Part shown: positions 51,201 to 64,000 of the stretch, one piece after another
Layout of the letters: every line of letters begins with the position of its first letter
Position numbering within the stretch: the stretch's first letter is position 1
From: Callorhinchus milii
Lineage: Eukaryota
Direction of reading: 5' to 3'
Length of the DNA stretch: 64,000 bases
Assembly: GCF_018977255.1 (NCBI RefSeq)
Contig: NW_024704751.1
Location: 7,130,001-7,194,000, forward strand
The notes under the pieces: model-generated
Databases searched by the model: none
Seen by the model: the letters and a program-made list of their open reading frames with translations, nothing else
Told to the model about the DNA's origin: nothing
Made by a program: the position numbers and the translations under genes

Positions 51201-54200
51201 ACTGTTTGTGAGACGCTGCTGTGGCAATTGGCTGCCGCGTTTCGCCCACAAAATATAGAATCAATATAAAGTATATCCTGTGAAGCACTTTGAGACATCT
51301 CAAAGACCTGATAAGGCGCTATATCAAATGCAAAGATTATTATTGTGTTGAAGCAGAAAAGGTTTCCTCCTGGTTGATGGTCAAAGGTGAAGGAAAGTCT
51401 GTGTGCGATGCTTGTAATAAAGATTGAGCCCCGGTTCTGATTTTTTTTTTTTTTCAGGTTTCCTTAAAACGACCGCGAAGCTGCTGAGGGTGTGTGAGGA
51501 GGATCTGGGGGAACAACTTAGGGTGCGGACCATCACAGCAGGCCGACAGCAGCAGGTCTTTAAAAAGCCGTGTTCCAGAACCGAGTGCGGGACGAGGCGG
51601 GACTGCCTGGCCAAAGTCGTGTACGCAAAGTAAGTGCGCTTGTCGTTGCTGTGCGCTGAGTGCGAAAATTGGTCGCTCAATCCATGACTTTGTGGGACAC
51701 TGCTGAGCGCAACTGGCTGCCATGTTTCACCCACAAAACACACAGTCAATCAATCAATTAATTACAGTATATTCTGAAGCGCGTATGAGTCTTCTCAACG
51801 ACGTGATAAGGCGCTGCATCAAATGCAAGGATTATTATTATAAGATTATTTGGCCATCTATGCAAAATCTGTAGAGCATTCACTTGAAAAGGATTCCTCT
51901 GCTCTCTGGGTTGGAATAACAGAAAAGCTGTCCTACCTTTGTGTTTTTTGCAGGTTGTTTGACTGGCTGGTAAAGGTCATAAACACCTCTATATGCTCAG
52001 ATCCTTCCACGTGGACCAATTTCATAGGTACAGTGCGGTGCAAATATTTTCACAGTGTAATTCCTGGCCTAAGATGCCTGTGCAGCCCTATCCAGAGCTA
52101 ACTTTTGGCTGAGTTGAGCCCAAGTTCTTTTAAACTGAAGCCAGTTGGTCTGTATCATCTTAGTGTGGTACTTAAACCAGCCAAGCCATTAATTATAAAG
52201 GTGTTTGCTACTGTGCCTGTGAGTAACCGAGTGTCACATGACAAGCTCTAAGCCTAGCAGGTCAACAGTTTTAAATGCTTTTGAACATTTGTCTTGTAAA
52301 TCCCGAGCTTTAACACCGAGGACCTCCATTTCCTCTACTGAATAAAACTTGTGTTTTAATTACATTGAAATGTCTCGAGGTGTTTCATGATAATTTACTT
52401 GCGTGTAATGACTCTTTCTTTGGTAGCCACAAAACATGCCTTTTCTTAAGGTGAAATTATTTTTTTTAAAACGTGCTCATGAGCCAAGTGACATTGCCCC
52501 AATCTTTGTGCAGGTCTGTTGGACGTTTATGGATTTGAGTCGTTCCCACAGAACAATCTGGAGCAGCTTTGTATTAACTACGCCAATGAGAAACTGCAGC
52601 AGCACTTTGTGGCCCATTATCTCAAAGCACAGCAGGTACTACAGAGACACAGTGACCTAGTAAACCCTTGCACAGCACGCTAACAGCACAGAGTGTACTC
52701 CAGCAGCACCAGAATGTGGGTCGGAAGCTGCTGTCAGTCAGCCAGGCTCTTTGTGTTCGGTGGAAGCTCACAATTGGGCTTAAAAATTTGGCTTAAAATT
52801 GTGACATCATCCTTCAGAGGATAGAGACTCTACTGTCTTCACGTTTCACTGTGTGGCGCTTTGTGAGAAATTATAATGTATTCCTGTGTTTGATATTTGC
52901 TTTCCTTTTCCCTCTCTTTACCCCATCAATGACTCTAGGAGGACTATACTGCAGAAGGCCTGGACTGGTCCTTTGTTAGGTACCAGGACAACCAGAGCTG
53001 CCTGGATCTGATTGAGGGGAGTCCCGCCAGCGTGTTCTCACTGTTAAATGAGGTCAGTCAGTCTTTCACTGGTTTCTTAACCAGAATCTGAATTGGGCGG
53101 AGGCCGGTCTGTGTGGCAGCCCCTCACTGAGGCCCTCTGGTGGTGGTGTGAGGAAGCACCTCCCCAAGGACCTCTGGTGGTGGCTTCTTGGACAAGCAAC
53201 AGCTTGCATTTATATGGCGCCCTTCATGCCAGGGTAGTGTCCTGGAGCCCTTCGAACACTGAGGACTTGAATGTACTGTATTTTGACCCAACTGTTAAAG
53301 CAGTGCCCCCACACTACATGTTTGTCACTGTTTGGAAGCACTAAGGCTCGTGACGGGATGTGAGTTTGCCTCTTCTTCCGGTCCCTGTAAACCACATTGC
53401 CTTGCAGGATCTTTTCATCTTCAACTCTTTCTCTTCCTTTCTTCCTCCAGGAGTGCCGCCTCAACAGGCTTTCAGATGCCGACCAGTTTAAGGGTCGCCT
53501 TCAGAAAGCTTTGGGGGCCAACAATTGCATGAGCTGGGATGTGTTCAGCAAAGTCCCTCATTTCACAGTGGCTCATTACGCAGGGAGGGTCAGCTACCAG
53601 ATCGAGGGAATGACAGAGAAAAACAAGGTCAGTCCTTCAGAGGAAACTTAAATATAGAGCGTGTTTAAATGAATTTGGGGTGTGTGTGGTGATGGCGGAG
53701 GTATACAGCTTGCAGCTACTGAGAGATTTAATGCCGGGACTGCACTTGTTTTTTTTAATAAAACTTTAGGGTTTGTTAATTGTGTATTGGGACACTTTGT
53801 TGTCAGTGTGCAGTGAGCTGGCGGCCATTATTGAAGTGGATCTGCTCTTGCTTTGTTAGGATCCTGTCCCACCAGAACTGGTGCAGTTGTTGCAGAAGTC
53901 ACAGGATGCCTTGCTGAAGCAGCTGTTTCCTGTTGCAGAGCAAGACCTGTGCGATGCCAAAGCTCTGAGCAAAGCCATTTCGGTGGTGGCCAAATTCAAG
54001 GTTTGTTTTGATCAGTTAATGTATTTTCTTTCTCTCTCTCTCTCTCACACACACCATTAGGCGAATGACCCTTCAGTCATTACGCCCCTAACCTCTGAAA
54101 CACCCTGACTCTACCTCTCCTCTATGTCTTTAAATCCTACCATAAAACTAACCTCTTTGACAGTGCTTATGGCTGCCGCGTTTCGCCCACAAAATATACC

Positions 54201-57200
54201 GTCAATTTACTTTTCAGTATATTCTGTGAAGCACTTTGGGATGTCCAGAAGGATTATTGCAGAAGGATTACGCAAGGATTATTATTATTATGTCCAACCC
54301 CGCCACTCAGAAGCCCTCTGAGACGTTATACTATGTGAACGCTGCTGTATAAATACAAGTTGTTGTTACATTACTGTACGGTGTGAGGTAACTTCGATTT
54401 GCATCCTTCAACATGCTTTTTCCCTCTACTGCAGGGCTCACTGGAAAGCCTGATGCGTATTTTGAACAGCACCACCCCTCGCTACATCAGGTGCATAAAG
54501 CCGAACGGGGATTGCAAGCCACATCTCTTCAGGTCACAGGAGGTATGCCGAATTTTGCTGAACCAAAAATCCTCACAATCTTAACATGTTCAGACGATGA
54601 GTCTTGAGGCAGAGAACGCGAGTGAGGAAATCTGGTCCTCTGGAAAGCTATTGAAAACGGGATGATGATGACGTTGAGTTGATTGGAGATGATTGTATCA
54701 GAGGTGTGAGGTGTTTGCTTTGGTTTCAGGTTCTGACACAGCTGGAAGCCTGCGGTATCGTCGAAACAATCCACATCAGTGCCGCTGGTTTCCCTGTCAG
54801 GTGCGTGTGATGCAGTCTATTCTCCAGTCGAATGGGGGAATTAACCACATTGTAGCAAATGTATCTGCGAGTCTGTATAATTTTAAACTTTTACTGTAAT
54901 GTGATATGAATTTAAAACAAAATACTCATGGGATTTGATATCTTTAAATCATTATGTTCCAAATTCAGAATATTAGACTTTACAATATAACAAATGCCAA
55001 GCCTGCAAGGTCTTGTGGGAGGTAAGGAGGCCAACCAAACACTGCTGTTTATTTCTGGCTTTGCTGGCTTGGGATTCATGGTGTACTGCCCTGGGACTCT
55101 CAAACTGAAAACAGCCGTGTCTACTACCAGCACAGATCCGGTTTGCGATAATCTGTTTTTTAAAAAAAAAAGGCCCAGTTATGTTTTTTCTCTGAATATC
55201 AATGTAACACAAGACAAAGCAGACTTTATGCAGATCAAAACGCCTAAGGGGAGCCAGGCGCACAAGGAACACTGGCTCTAGTGTTCTGCTTTATGGGGAG
55301 GCTTTGGTAGGTCAGTGTTTTAGCCTCTTTGTGCGTGCGTGGGTGTGTGTGTGCGCACGCGCTGTAACTGTTGATACTGATTGGGAAGTAATTTTATTGT
55401 TCAGAATCCTGTACCGACCATTTTTGGAGCGCTATGAACTTTTGAGCAAAAGCCAAACACTGCATGAACAAACGCTGCCTAGGCTTAACCAAGGACCTCC
55501 CGCAAAGCGGAGGAAAGGTGAGTGTTATCAGCCCTACTAACCGTGGGTTGGCTGCTGTGGGGTTCTTTCTGTTTTCTCCTCTGAAAGCGTTTCCACTACT
55601 GGGCTATAGCTTTATTGTCAAGGAACCACTGGGCACCTTATCCAAGTAGCTTTGATTCATGTGGGGACCTTGATTGGTTGTGGTCAGCTGGTTACTCAAC
55701 TGAGCTCAGCCCGAACCTGCCTACACAGCTCAGGCCAGGGACTGAGGCTCTGACCTTCTGATCTTTGTGAGCCGATTCCCTTCACCCACCTTGGTGGTAG
55801 CTTTACCCACCTGGTCACCAAGTGCTTTTGATCCCACTGCAGAGCATTTGGTGTGTGCGCCTGTGTGCAATAAGATGATATTGACATTATTACATGGATT
55901 GAATTTTAAATTTACTGCTGACAAAGCATGTTCTGTAAATGATATTGTATTTAACTTTTCTCTTTCTTTTCATATTCCCATCACTCCGCCCCTCTTTTAC
56001 CCTTCCCATATTCTGTCCCTTTCTCTTGTCTTTAATCAATTCCTATGTATTCAACTGGGTGCCTTCAGCTCACTGAATGACTCCACTTTGCTACTGTCTC
56101 CGATGCCTTCACCTTCCGTCCTTGTGTGGCGAAGAGGATGCGGCCATGAAAATGGGTGTCACTTGCCTTTGCAGGTTCACTGCCCACAGGCGGTACCACT
56201 GAGGAGCCGAGTACCATCGTGCAAGACCTTCTTGTCAATGTTCTTGTTGGCCAGAATGCTGCTGTCTCATCCTTTCACAATCCAGCTCCAAGCGGCCCCT
56301 GCAGCTCAGTGGTACATTGTGGCAAAACTAAAGTCTTCATGACGCACGGTGTAGTAAGTTCTGCAGAGAAATTTTTAGCTGTGAATACTTGTTGATTTCT
56401 GTTCCATAACTCAACTACTAAGTTGGCTCATTGGGTAGCACAATAGTCTCTAGATTGGACGATTGTGGTCTTAAGCCCACTTTAGTGAAATACCAGAGAG
56501 TGTTTTAGTCTTTTTTTTGTGTGTGGTGTCGGAGGTGCTGTCCTTTGTATAAGACATGAAACCGAGGTTTTGTCTGCATTTCCCATGACGCCTAGAAGAG
56601 AGCAGGGACTTTGCTGTGCTCCAATCCATGTCAATTGTAGCCCCTAACTGCTGCTAATTAATGACTCCTGGTCTGTATTACACTGGGATGGGCTTTTGGG
56701 GAAGGGAAGGGGCATTTTTAAGTCTGTATTCTTGAGTCTTCTGTAAAATGTGTTAAACAACACATGAGCACTTATCACTAATCTCTGTAGCTTGAACAAC
56801 TGGAATGTGCGAGGAGTCAAATGCTCTCGCACAAGGCAACGTTTATACAGAGCAGCTGGCGGCACTACCGGCGCAGGAAGTTGGCACGACTGAGGCGAGC
56901 GACAACCGTGCTCCAAGCAGGTAACTGTTGTGTTAATTCCACCACTTCATCATAATCCCCTCAAAGCACTTTATATGATTGCTTTAGAAATGCTGAATGT
57001 TTTCTCTGCAAACGCTCGTTTTCTAACTCAATAGTTGTTTTGTGCGCAGAGAATTCCACATTCTGTGTAAAAGTAACTTTATTTTCTAACCTCCCCATTA
57101 AATCGTTTTGTGATTTGATTGTATGCGGTATGAGTTTGCCCTCATTGCAAGGTTCCAGGCTCACGTTGCTTAACTTGTTTTATAGCTGTCAGGTCATGGC

Positions 57201-58219
57201 TGACAAGACGGTGGATTAAGAAGTGTCATTATGCTGCTACGGTGGTGCAGCAGGCTTGGAAAAGCTGGAAAGTAAGACGTGGCTTTAATTTGGTTCCGTT
57301 TGGTACAGGGTATTTTTTAAAATTGCATTCTAAGCCTTTTGCTCCTCCATGCGGCACTTCCAATGAGGAATTCAATTACAAAATACCTCTGATTACCAGA
57401 ATGACCTCCACTTGTGTGACTCAGATTCCATAATGAAGAATCCGATTAAGATACAATTGCACATTAGCCACCACTGCCTGATTTATTTCTGAAACTCTTT
57501 AGGTCAGAATGGAAACCTTGGCCGCAGCAGAATTGGACGACACAAGCAACTTTGAAGAGGAAATGGCATGGCTTCCTGGTTCTCCAGTTTGTTCCCAGAA
57601 TCTTTCGTCGAGCAAACCTTCCCAAAGTACTCTGAAACAGGATTTAAAGCTACGCTCGTGGCCCCTGGGTCTCATCCTGTCCTCTGCACCGTTGACTGCA
57701 TTGACATTCACTGTGAGTGGGACTGTTCGGGCTCTCGCTCGGTCGGCTTGTTTGAAGGTTCAATGGGGGCGAATAAACCATAAACAAGAACCCAATCAGT
57801 CTGGCTGTGACCTGGTCTCCATTCGAGCGCTGCCTCAGGTAAAGCACCGTTATTAATTAGTGAATTAAAATGATATAAACCTTGCATTTGATACAGTGAC
57901 TAACATCTCAAAGCGTTTCGCTGATAATTGTTGTCAAGTGAAGCGTTGTAGTTGTAAACTGAGCAGCCAATTTGCACACAGTCAGGAAGTGAATGATCAA
58001 TTCATGTGGGGGACTATCGGCCGTGATATAGGGAGAATTCTTTGTATTCTTCAAATTGGAACATTTTAACACCAGCTCTATATAAGATGTTGCACTGTTT
58101 TCTAGATAAGGATAAAATTCCGTTGCAAGAGATCACCGTTGCATTACGCCGACATTTGTCCAGAAAGCTACAAGTGTACAATCAATGGCCTCAACCAGAT
58201 TTTGTTGGAAAAGACGTAA
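44778..58219 (+). CDS. MYO19: Unconventional myosin XIX (mitochondria-associated), 24 coding exons, ~991 aa
   Basis: Exons 44778-44834 (start exon, less certain), 46750-46897, 47115-47263, 47406-47519, 48418-48550, 48922-48991, 49243-49345, 49896-49992, 50282-50358, 50635-50725, 51458-51629, 51954-52027, 52514-52635, 52939-53052, 53451-53627, 53860-54000, 54435-54542, 54730-54800, 55405-55517, 56175-56353, 56791-56920, 57186-57271, 57503-57838, 58106-58219. P-loop GESGAGKT, switch [10 protein letters not shown], switch II DVYGFE, IQ-like motifs, and tail WPLG and SIRALPQ. Confidence 0.96.
50993..51344 (+). mobile_element. Full-length DeuSINE in a MYO19 intron
   Basis: A box tagcttagtgg, B box gggtttgattacc, caattggctgccgcgtt core, tail aaatgcaaagattattatt. 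Confidence 0.85.
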
Positions 58220-60661
58220 AGTGCATCTACCATTCAACCACACATCACCGCAAGCCTTTCTCTGCCACAAGACCAGCTCCGACCATAATCTGATTAACCT
58301 CGGATAAGAATCACTTTGTTCATCAACATTCATTTGGTACATTAAGGTTTGAATAAGCTGTACCTAAGGACTGTGTATCTATGTGCAGTGCTAGCATGTG
58401 ACTCATCAAGTCCACTTCTAAGTGATTAATCAATTAGAAGCAAGATTTTATAGAACACTTAATACAACTTTGTGGCATACTGGGAACTTGAGAGACTCAT
58501 CAATTACGTTGCAGGGTTACTCTGCCTTTCTGTTACATCACAGCAGCACACACAAGTTAAGACTCCAAGGTGTATCATGCTGCCTTTACGATAAATGTAT
58601 TGCAATTATTATTTTAATTACAAGTATCAAAAATTAATGTTATGCAAATAAGTGCCAATACCTCAGGGCAGGTAATTTGAACAAAATCTACAATTCATGT
58701 ATACAGTATTTATAGGAACACTAGTTACTTTTAGTCTCGTCTTTTCCAAAGAAGTCTTTGCGCAAAACCTGTATACGGTTTCTAATGGGAGAAACTCTTC
58801 AAACTTTCAGGTGCATCTTAAACAATAAGGGAAATGGTTGTACAATTTTCTTTTAGCTTCCCTCAGTCCACACTGAATCAGCTGACAACCAAAATAACAC
58901 TACCTGGGTGTGTTTTTATATTGGGGGAGAAAGTGATTTTAACTTTAAAATTCTGTTACCTCTGATCAAGGAAATCAACCTTTTATTGTTCAGCACAAAC
59001 ACTACCTAAGCCTCGCACAAGGAAGATTCCAAGGTGCTGTCTCCCATTCGATTTCCATCTGGACTATGCCATTCAGCCTTAATAATTCCTTTGTCCAAGG
59101 GCTACTGTAACACAGGTGAAATTAATTGGACAGCGATCCACTCTATTTTTGTCCCAAGGGCAGGATCAGATAAAGACTGCAAACTCCTTCACTTTATTTT
59201 TGTTATCGATGTGGCTTCATGACAGCTGACATGAGGTCCTATCTGTTGTCTTTCCTTTCTTGACTTGGAGCTGCCTCTCGCACACTGTGCTGAAGTGATA
59301 GTTGTGACAATGCTCCTTGATTGGTGCTGGATACTCTGGGGGAATTGCTGGGGTATTATTCAGAAAGTAATATACTAATCTTTTCATTCATGTAATCACA
59401 GAATGTAAAATTCTAAATTGATTACACATTCAGGAATACTTGCTTTATCCCTGCATATAAACTGAGAACCTTTTAGAACTAACATTTAATAGAATACTTA
59501 TAAAGAATTTGTATTTTAAACTGACCATATAAACAATATGCTCTGAACAACTCACTGACCAGTTCTACCAGAAAGATAACGAGACAGTGAGAACTTGCAC
59601 TCAGTGTTAATCTTTTGATTTGAATAGAATTATTTTTAGAAAACACTACTTGGGCATTTTTTTTTTTTTTTTGCATCTGTGCTGTTTTATCAGTCCAAAG
59701 CCATGGTACAATTCAGAGTACAAGTGCAGCTAGGACAACCACAGGAGATTGGGCTTTGGCTCACAGGGATGAATGTCTCATTGATGACATTATGGCTTTT
59801 TGTAATTGCTTATAGATTGCAGGCAAAATAGTGTGAAGCTGCTGACTTGTTTATGAACAACATTGCACTTTGTCCACATGCAGCAAACATTAAACCTTAT
59901 TGGTCAGTCATACTGTCAATTCAAATCATGCAGCTGCTACCAAACAAGGGGATCTGTTTCAAAACTGTTACACGTTTTATTTAAAACTTGAACAGATGTA
60001 TTTATGTACTGAATCATCTATTTTAAATGAAGCTGTTTCTATGTAAAGTGAAAGTGTTTGATTTGAGGAATTAAACATTGCATATGTATGTTTTTGTTTT
60101 CTTTAAGGGTAAAGGGGGTTAGTCCATGCATGATAGTCCAATGAGCTAAAATAATAACCCTTGCATTTGATGTAGTGCCCTATCATGGCTTTGAGATGTC
60201 TCAAAACGCTTCGCAGAATATGGCCTTCAAGCCATTCTGAAATGCATTTGTAACTAAGTTTAGTATCAACTTCAAACTACTCTTCTCACCAACTCCTGTA
60301 AATCACTGCCCCCAATAGAATGCCCAAAGGGTTTAATTCAAGGCCAATATTCTCAGATTCCTAGTGATAGAACTGCTCATACCAGTCTATGTTGAGAATG
60401 CTTCCATTAAAAGCTAGTAGTAGAAGAAACTTTCTCAGTTAGACATTAACTTTGGGTTTATCTATGATCAGAAGTTTCGCTGGATATGATCTAATTGATG
60501 GAGGCATTAAAATTCAGGGTAATGTAAATCTCCCTGATCCTTGAAAGAAGTCTGATCATGTACCAGTCAATTTTCTAAGTTACCTGTTAGACAGATGAAA
60601 TGATCCAAGAAAATGTATTCAAAAAGTGTATATTTAATAGTATAAAATGGTCATGGGTGTC

Positions 60662-63283
60662 TTAATTACAATGCAGAAATTCAGTTTTCTTTATTCTGGG
60701 TTCAACGATCTGTAGACACTGATCAGCAAATTCCACAAAGATGGGTTCTTGCATAACAGTCTTCATTAAACTTCCTTTGTCCCTGGCCTGGTCTACAGTC
60801 AACAGCAAATCTCTGAGATGAGGATTGCAGAGCAAACTCTTCAACTCCTCTGAATCTGCTGTTGGAAGAAAATGGAATAGAATTCATTTAAAATCAGTGT
60901 TTACCTCAAATACATGTATATGCATTTTACACCAACGGATGAATGCAGCCACAGATTCACAATTTCCCTGATCTAATGCTCAAACATTCAGAAAGTGTTT
61001 AAATCAATTTACTACAGGATATAGATACCTCCACGTGCAGTGAGGGCAAAACAAAATAGCATATGTTGCAGCTTTCAGTGGTTGCTATTGATGCTACTCC
61101 ATGATTAAGCAGTTTTTAATGACTTAAATTTCCCAAACCCTTCTTTCTACTTACCCAATAAACTCAGTTTATTTTGTGCTACCCAATCAGATTCTTCATT
61201 TTCATCCTGGACATTGTGTGCAGAGCAGCTGTGCCCTGTCAATATGCACAGAGATATTAAATACAATTAATAAGTGATTGCAGCATATTTCCTAAAACTG
61301 TGAAAGGTAGTGGCAACTTGCTATGTGAAGTGCAACTGGCAGATTACAGAATTTTTTGTATATTTGATAAAGGGAGAGATGTTTTTTTAAAACCTAGGAA
61401 TGATGACAAAGCTGCAAAAAGCAGATTGCTGTTCTTGCCTTGTGCTGTCAAATGGACTAGGTCAAAAAATTGATAGCCATTTGCTTTAAATAGGTAGGCA
61501 CCCACATGAAGTAAAATATCTTACTGTTTAAGAACTTTCATACTGGTTATTGCTAGATAGTTTTTATTTTAGGTCGTTAGTGGCACAGATTACAAATAAA
61601 TCACGTAGGAAGCAAGCCCAATTTAAATCAATGGTAGCAACTTGATTTATAGAGTGCCCTTCATGTAGGATAATATCTTGAGCGCTTTACAATTACAGGA
61701 AAAAAAAATAAACAAAACATTCAAACACAAAATCTAAATAGGGGAAGTTTATAAATAGGAGGAACTTTTGTATTTGTTTAAAAATAAGGGTAACTTTTGT
61801 ATCAGTGGGACAGATCCTTGTGGGCAACTGACCCTTTGATGGAATCATAGTTTCAGCCACCACATGTAATTATTATTGTTATACCTGTGCTATGTTGTGG
61901 CGATACTCTCAATGCTGGAGAAACCTCAGATGCTGTTGAAATGGTTTTAGACTCCTGTGGTTTGCAATCATCTAGTAAAAAGGAATTTTGTAAAGATTAT
62001 AGTTCAAGTTCTAAAGCACAACCGTTAAAATACCACTTTTTATACTCCTTAGAAAAACACCAGAGTTTTGCCTTAGGAACTGTGCAAGGTTATAATAATA
62101 AAAATCCTTGCATTGGATATAGCGCTTTTCACGTCGGGAGGACGTCCCAAAGCGCTTCACAGAACACACTGCAAAGTGAATTGACTGTATATTTGTGGGC
62201 GAACGCGGCCGCCAATTGCGCACAGCAATGTCCCCACAGACAGTCGTGGATTGAAAATGACCAATTTATTATTGTTTGGGGTTTTTGGAGGGATTATTAC
62301 TCTGGTGCCGAAGTTCATAGAAACAGAAAGCAAAACCACCAAACAAATTACGTTTTCGAGAGACCGGACCTTTTTGAAAGGACTATTCGGCCGGTCAACA
62401 CTTTCTACTCAACGGTTGTCTGCCACAAAATTAAATCAAGAGTTCGACGGCCCGCCGTCAGAACCACCGGTCAACACTGAATCTGCCGCGCAACTCTGGA
62501 GAGCAATGGCCCGCCCGTTACCTTGGTGCCGCTTGTAACATCCCACCGAACAGCTGGAGAGGGAGACAACAAAAAAAAAACAAGACGACTGCCGTGAGTG
62601 GAGAATTTCGGGAGCGGCAGAGGAACGCCGCCCGTCCCGAAGGACGTCCCGGCCACGTGACAAGGAGCGTGTTACCAAACGCGGGGACGGTTGAGGATTG
62701 ATTGATTGATCGATCGATCGATTGGTTCCGCCCGCAACAATATACAAGTCCATCCGCCTCACAGTGTGAAACACGGCGGAGACGCTTCGGCGACGTGTCA
62801 AGTGCGAGGATTATTATTATTATTAAAGTGCCCCCTGATATGGTGGGAGGGAGGGGGAGGGGTGTGGTGGAGGCGTGCGAACCCGCAACCTCCTTGACTC
62901 GAGGCGAGAGCGCCGGGGGCCGGGGTGGGGGGGGGGGGGGATGATCGCCCCCTCGAGATACATACACACACACACACAGAGTGAACAAATAATAATAATA
63001 ATAATCCTTGCATTTGATATAGCGCTTTTCACGTCTTCTCGACGTCTCAAAGTTATATATATGTATATATATAGACACATTATCTCTGATGACCGAGGAG
63101 CTCGGCCTGAGGCTCCCCAGCCCTCCCCCGGGTGGGGGTGGGGGTGGGGGGGGCGGTCACGCGAGTCCCAGGCTGAGTGCGGCCTAGTGGCCGCTGATGG
63201 CGCCGCGGTACTCACTAGCGCTCCCGGCAGCGGGGGCAGCGGTATCTGGGCGGCCGCTGGTCGCACACGCAGCAGCTGCTCAT
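60662..63283 (-). CDS. ZNHIT3: Zinc finger HIT domain protein 3 (box C/D snoRNP assembly factor), 5 exons, ~154 aa
   Basis: Exons 63283-63216, 62553-62522, 61971-61885, 61235-61155, 60858-60662. HIT finger [29 protein letters not shown] and C-terminal LLCNPHLR...[14 protein letters not shown]. Confidence 0.94.
62090..62300 (-). mobile_element. 5'-truncated DeuSINE in ZNHIT3 intron 2
   Basis: Core and tail nearly identical to the 3777 and 21717 copies. Many other partial copies occur, e.g. ~5433, 26920, 35065, 37127, 45242, 51670, 62988. Confidence 0.8.
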
Positions 63284-63760
63284 CGCCCCCCTCTCCCCCT
63301 CTCCCCCCCCCTCTCTCGGGCTCCTCCCCCCCAACCGTCAAAAAACGACCGTTAAACCGTCAGCCGCGCGCTCCCACGGCGGCTCGGCGTGCAGTGCGCA
63401 TGCGCCGAGGTACTTCCGGGAGGTGGGAGCGTTACGCGCGCAGGTGCAGTGGGGAGTTTTTTTTCGAGCCCCTCCCCCACCCACTCCCCCCCCCCCCCCC
63501 CCACAACCCCCCCCCCTCCCACACACACACGGGCTCCCCCTCCCCCCCCACTCTCTTCGGCCACAGCGCGACATGGGCTGGTGACCGACGTGCGGCTCCG
63601 AGGCTCGGACGTGGAGTCAGGGTGAGTGCGAGTCGGCTCGGGGTCAAACGGAAAGGGGCGGAGGCCGGTGGGGTGGGGGGGCTGGGGGGTTGGGGGGGGT
63701 TGGGGACTGGGGGTGGGTGCGGGGGTTTGGGGGCGACGTAGAAAATAAGACCTTTCGGTG
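63090..63760 (-). promoter_or_regulatory. CpG-island promoter of ZNHIT3
   Basis: NRF1 motif TGCGCATGCGC at 63395-63405 and ETS/GABP motif ACTTCCGG at 63412-63419, ~110-135 bp upstream of the ATG. Confidence 0.8.
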
Positions 63761-64000
63761 GTCCCGGTGCCCCTCCTGTTAGGGACGTCTCGAAGCGCTT
63801 CGCAGCGTATCCTGTAAAAAGTGTAGTGACTGTGCACCGTAGCGGGCGAAACTCAAGGTAGAATCCCGTGAAGAGACCCCGATAAGGCGCTAAAAGCAGA
63901 AGCAAAGGTTCAGCGCCTCGGGACGTCCTCCCGACGTGAAAGGCGCTAAACAAGTGTCATTCGTGGTGGTGGTTATGGGATTATTATTGTCGTCTACGGG

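Overview
Vertebrate nuclear DNA. The dominant repeat is a tRNA-headed DeuSINE with an L2-type tail, which suggests a cartilaginous fish, probably a chimaera (inference). The window holds the conserved block syntenic to human 17q12: DHRS11(-), GGNBP2(-), PIGW(-), MYO19(+) and ZNHIT3(-), plus the last two exons of an SLC6 transporter (+) at the left edge. I traced the exon chains by hand and all keep frame. Segment 16191-22624 is inverted relative to its flanks and shares a ~2 kb near-identical inverted duplicate with 22650-24685, beside a 25-N gap. This is most likely a misassembly that splits GGNBP2 across strands and loses DHRS11 exon 1. The best biological leads are a GGNBP2 tandem-donor/read-through switch giving a 288-aa short isoform, a candidate extra GGNBP2 cassette exon, a GC-AG intron in DHRS11, and GC-shifted SINE relics at CpG islands. 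I found no convincing wholly new biological system.
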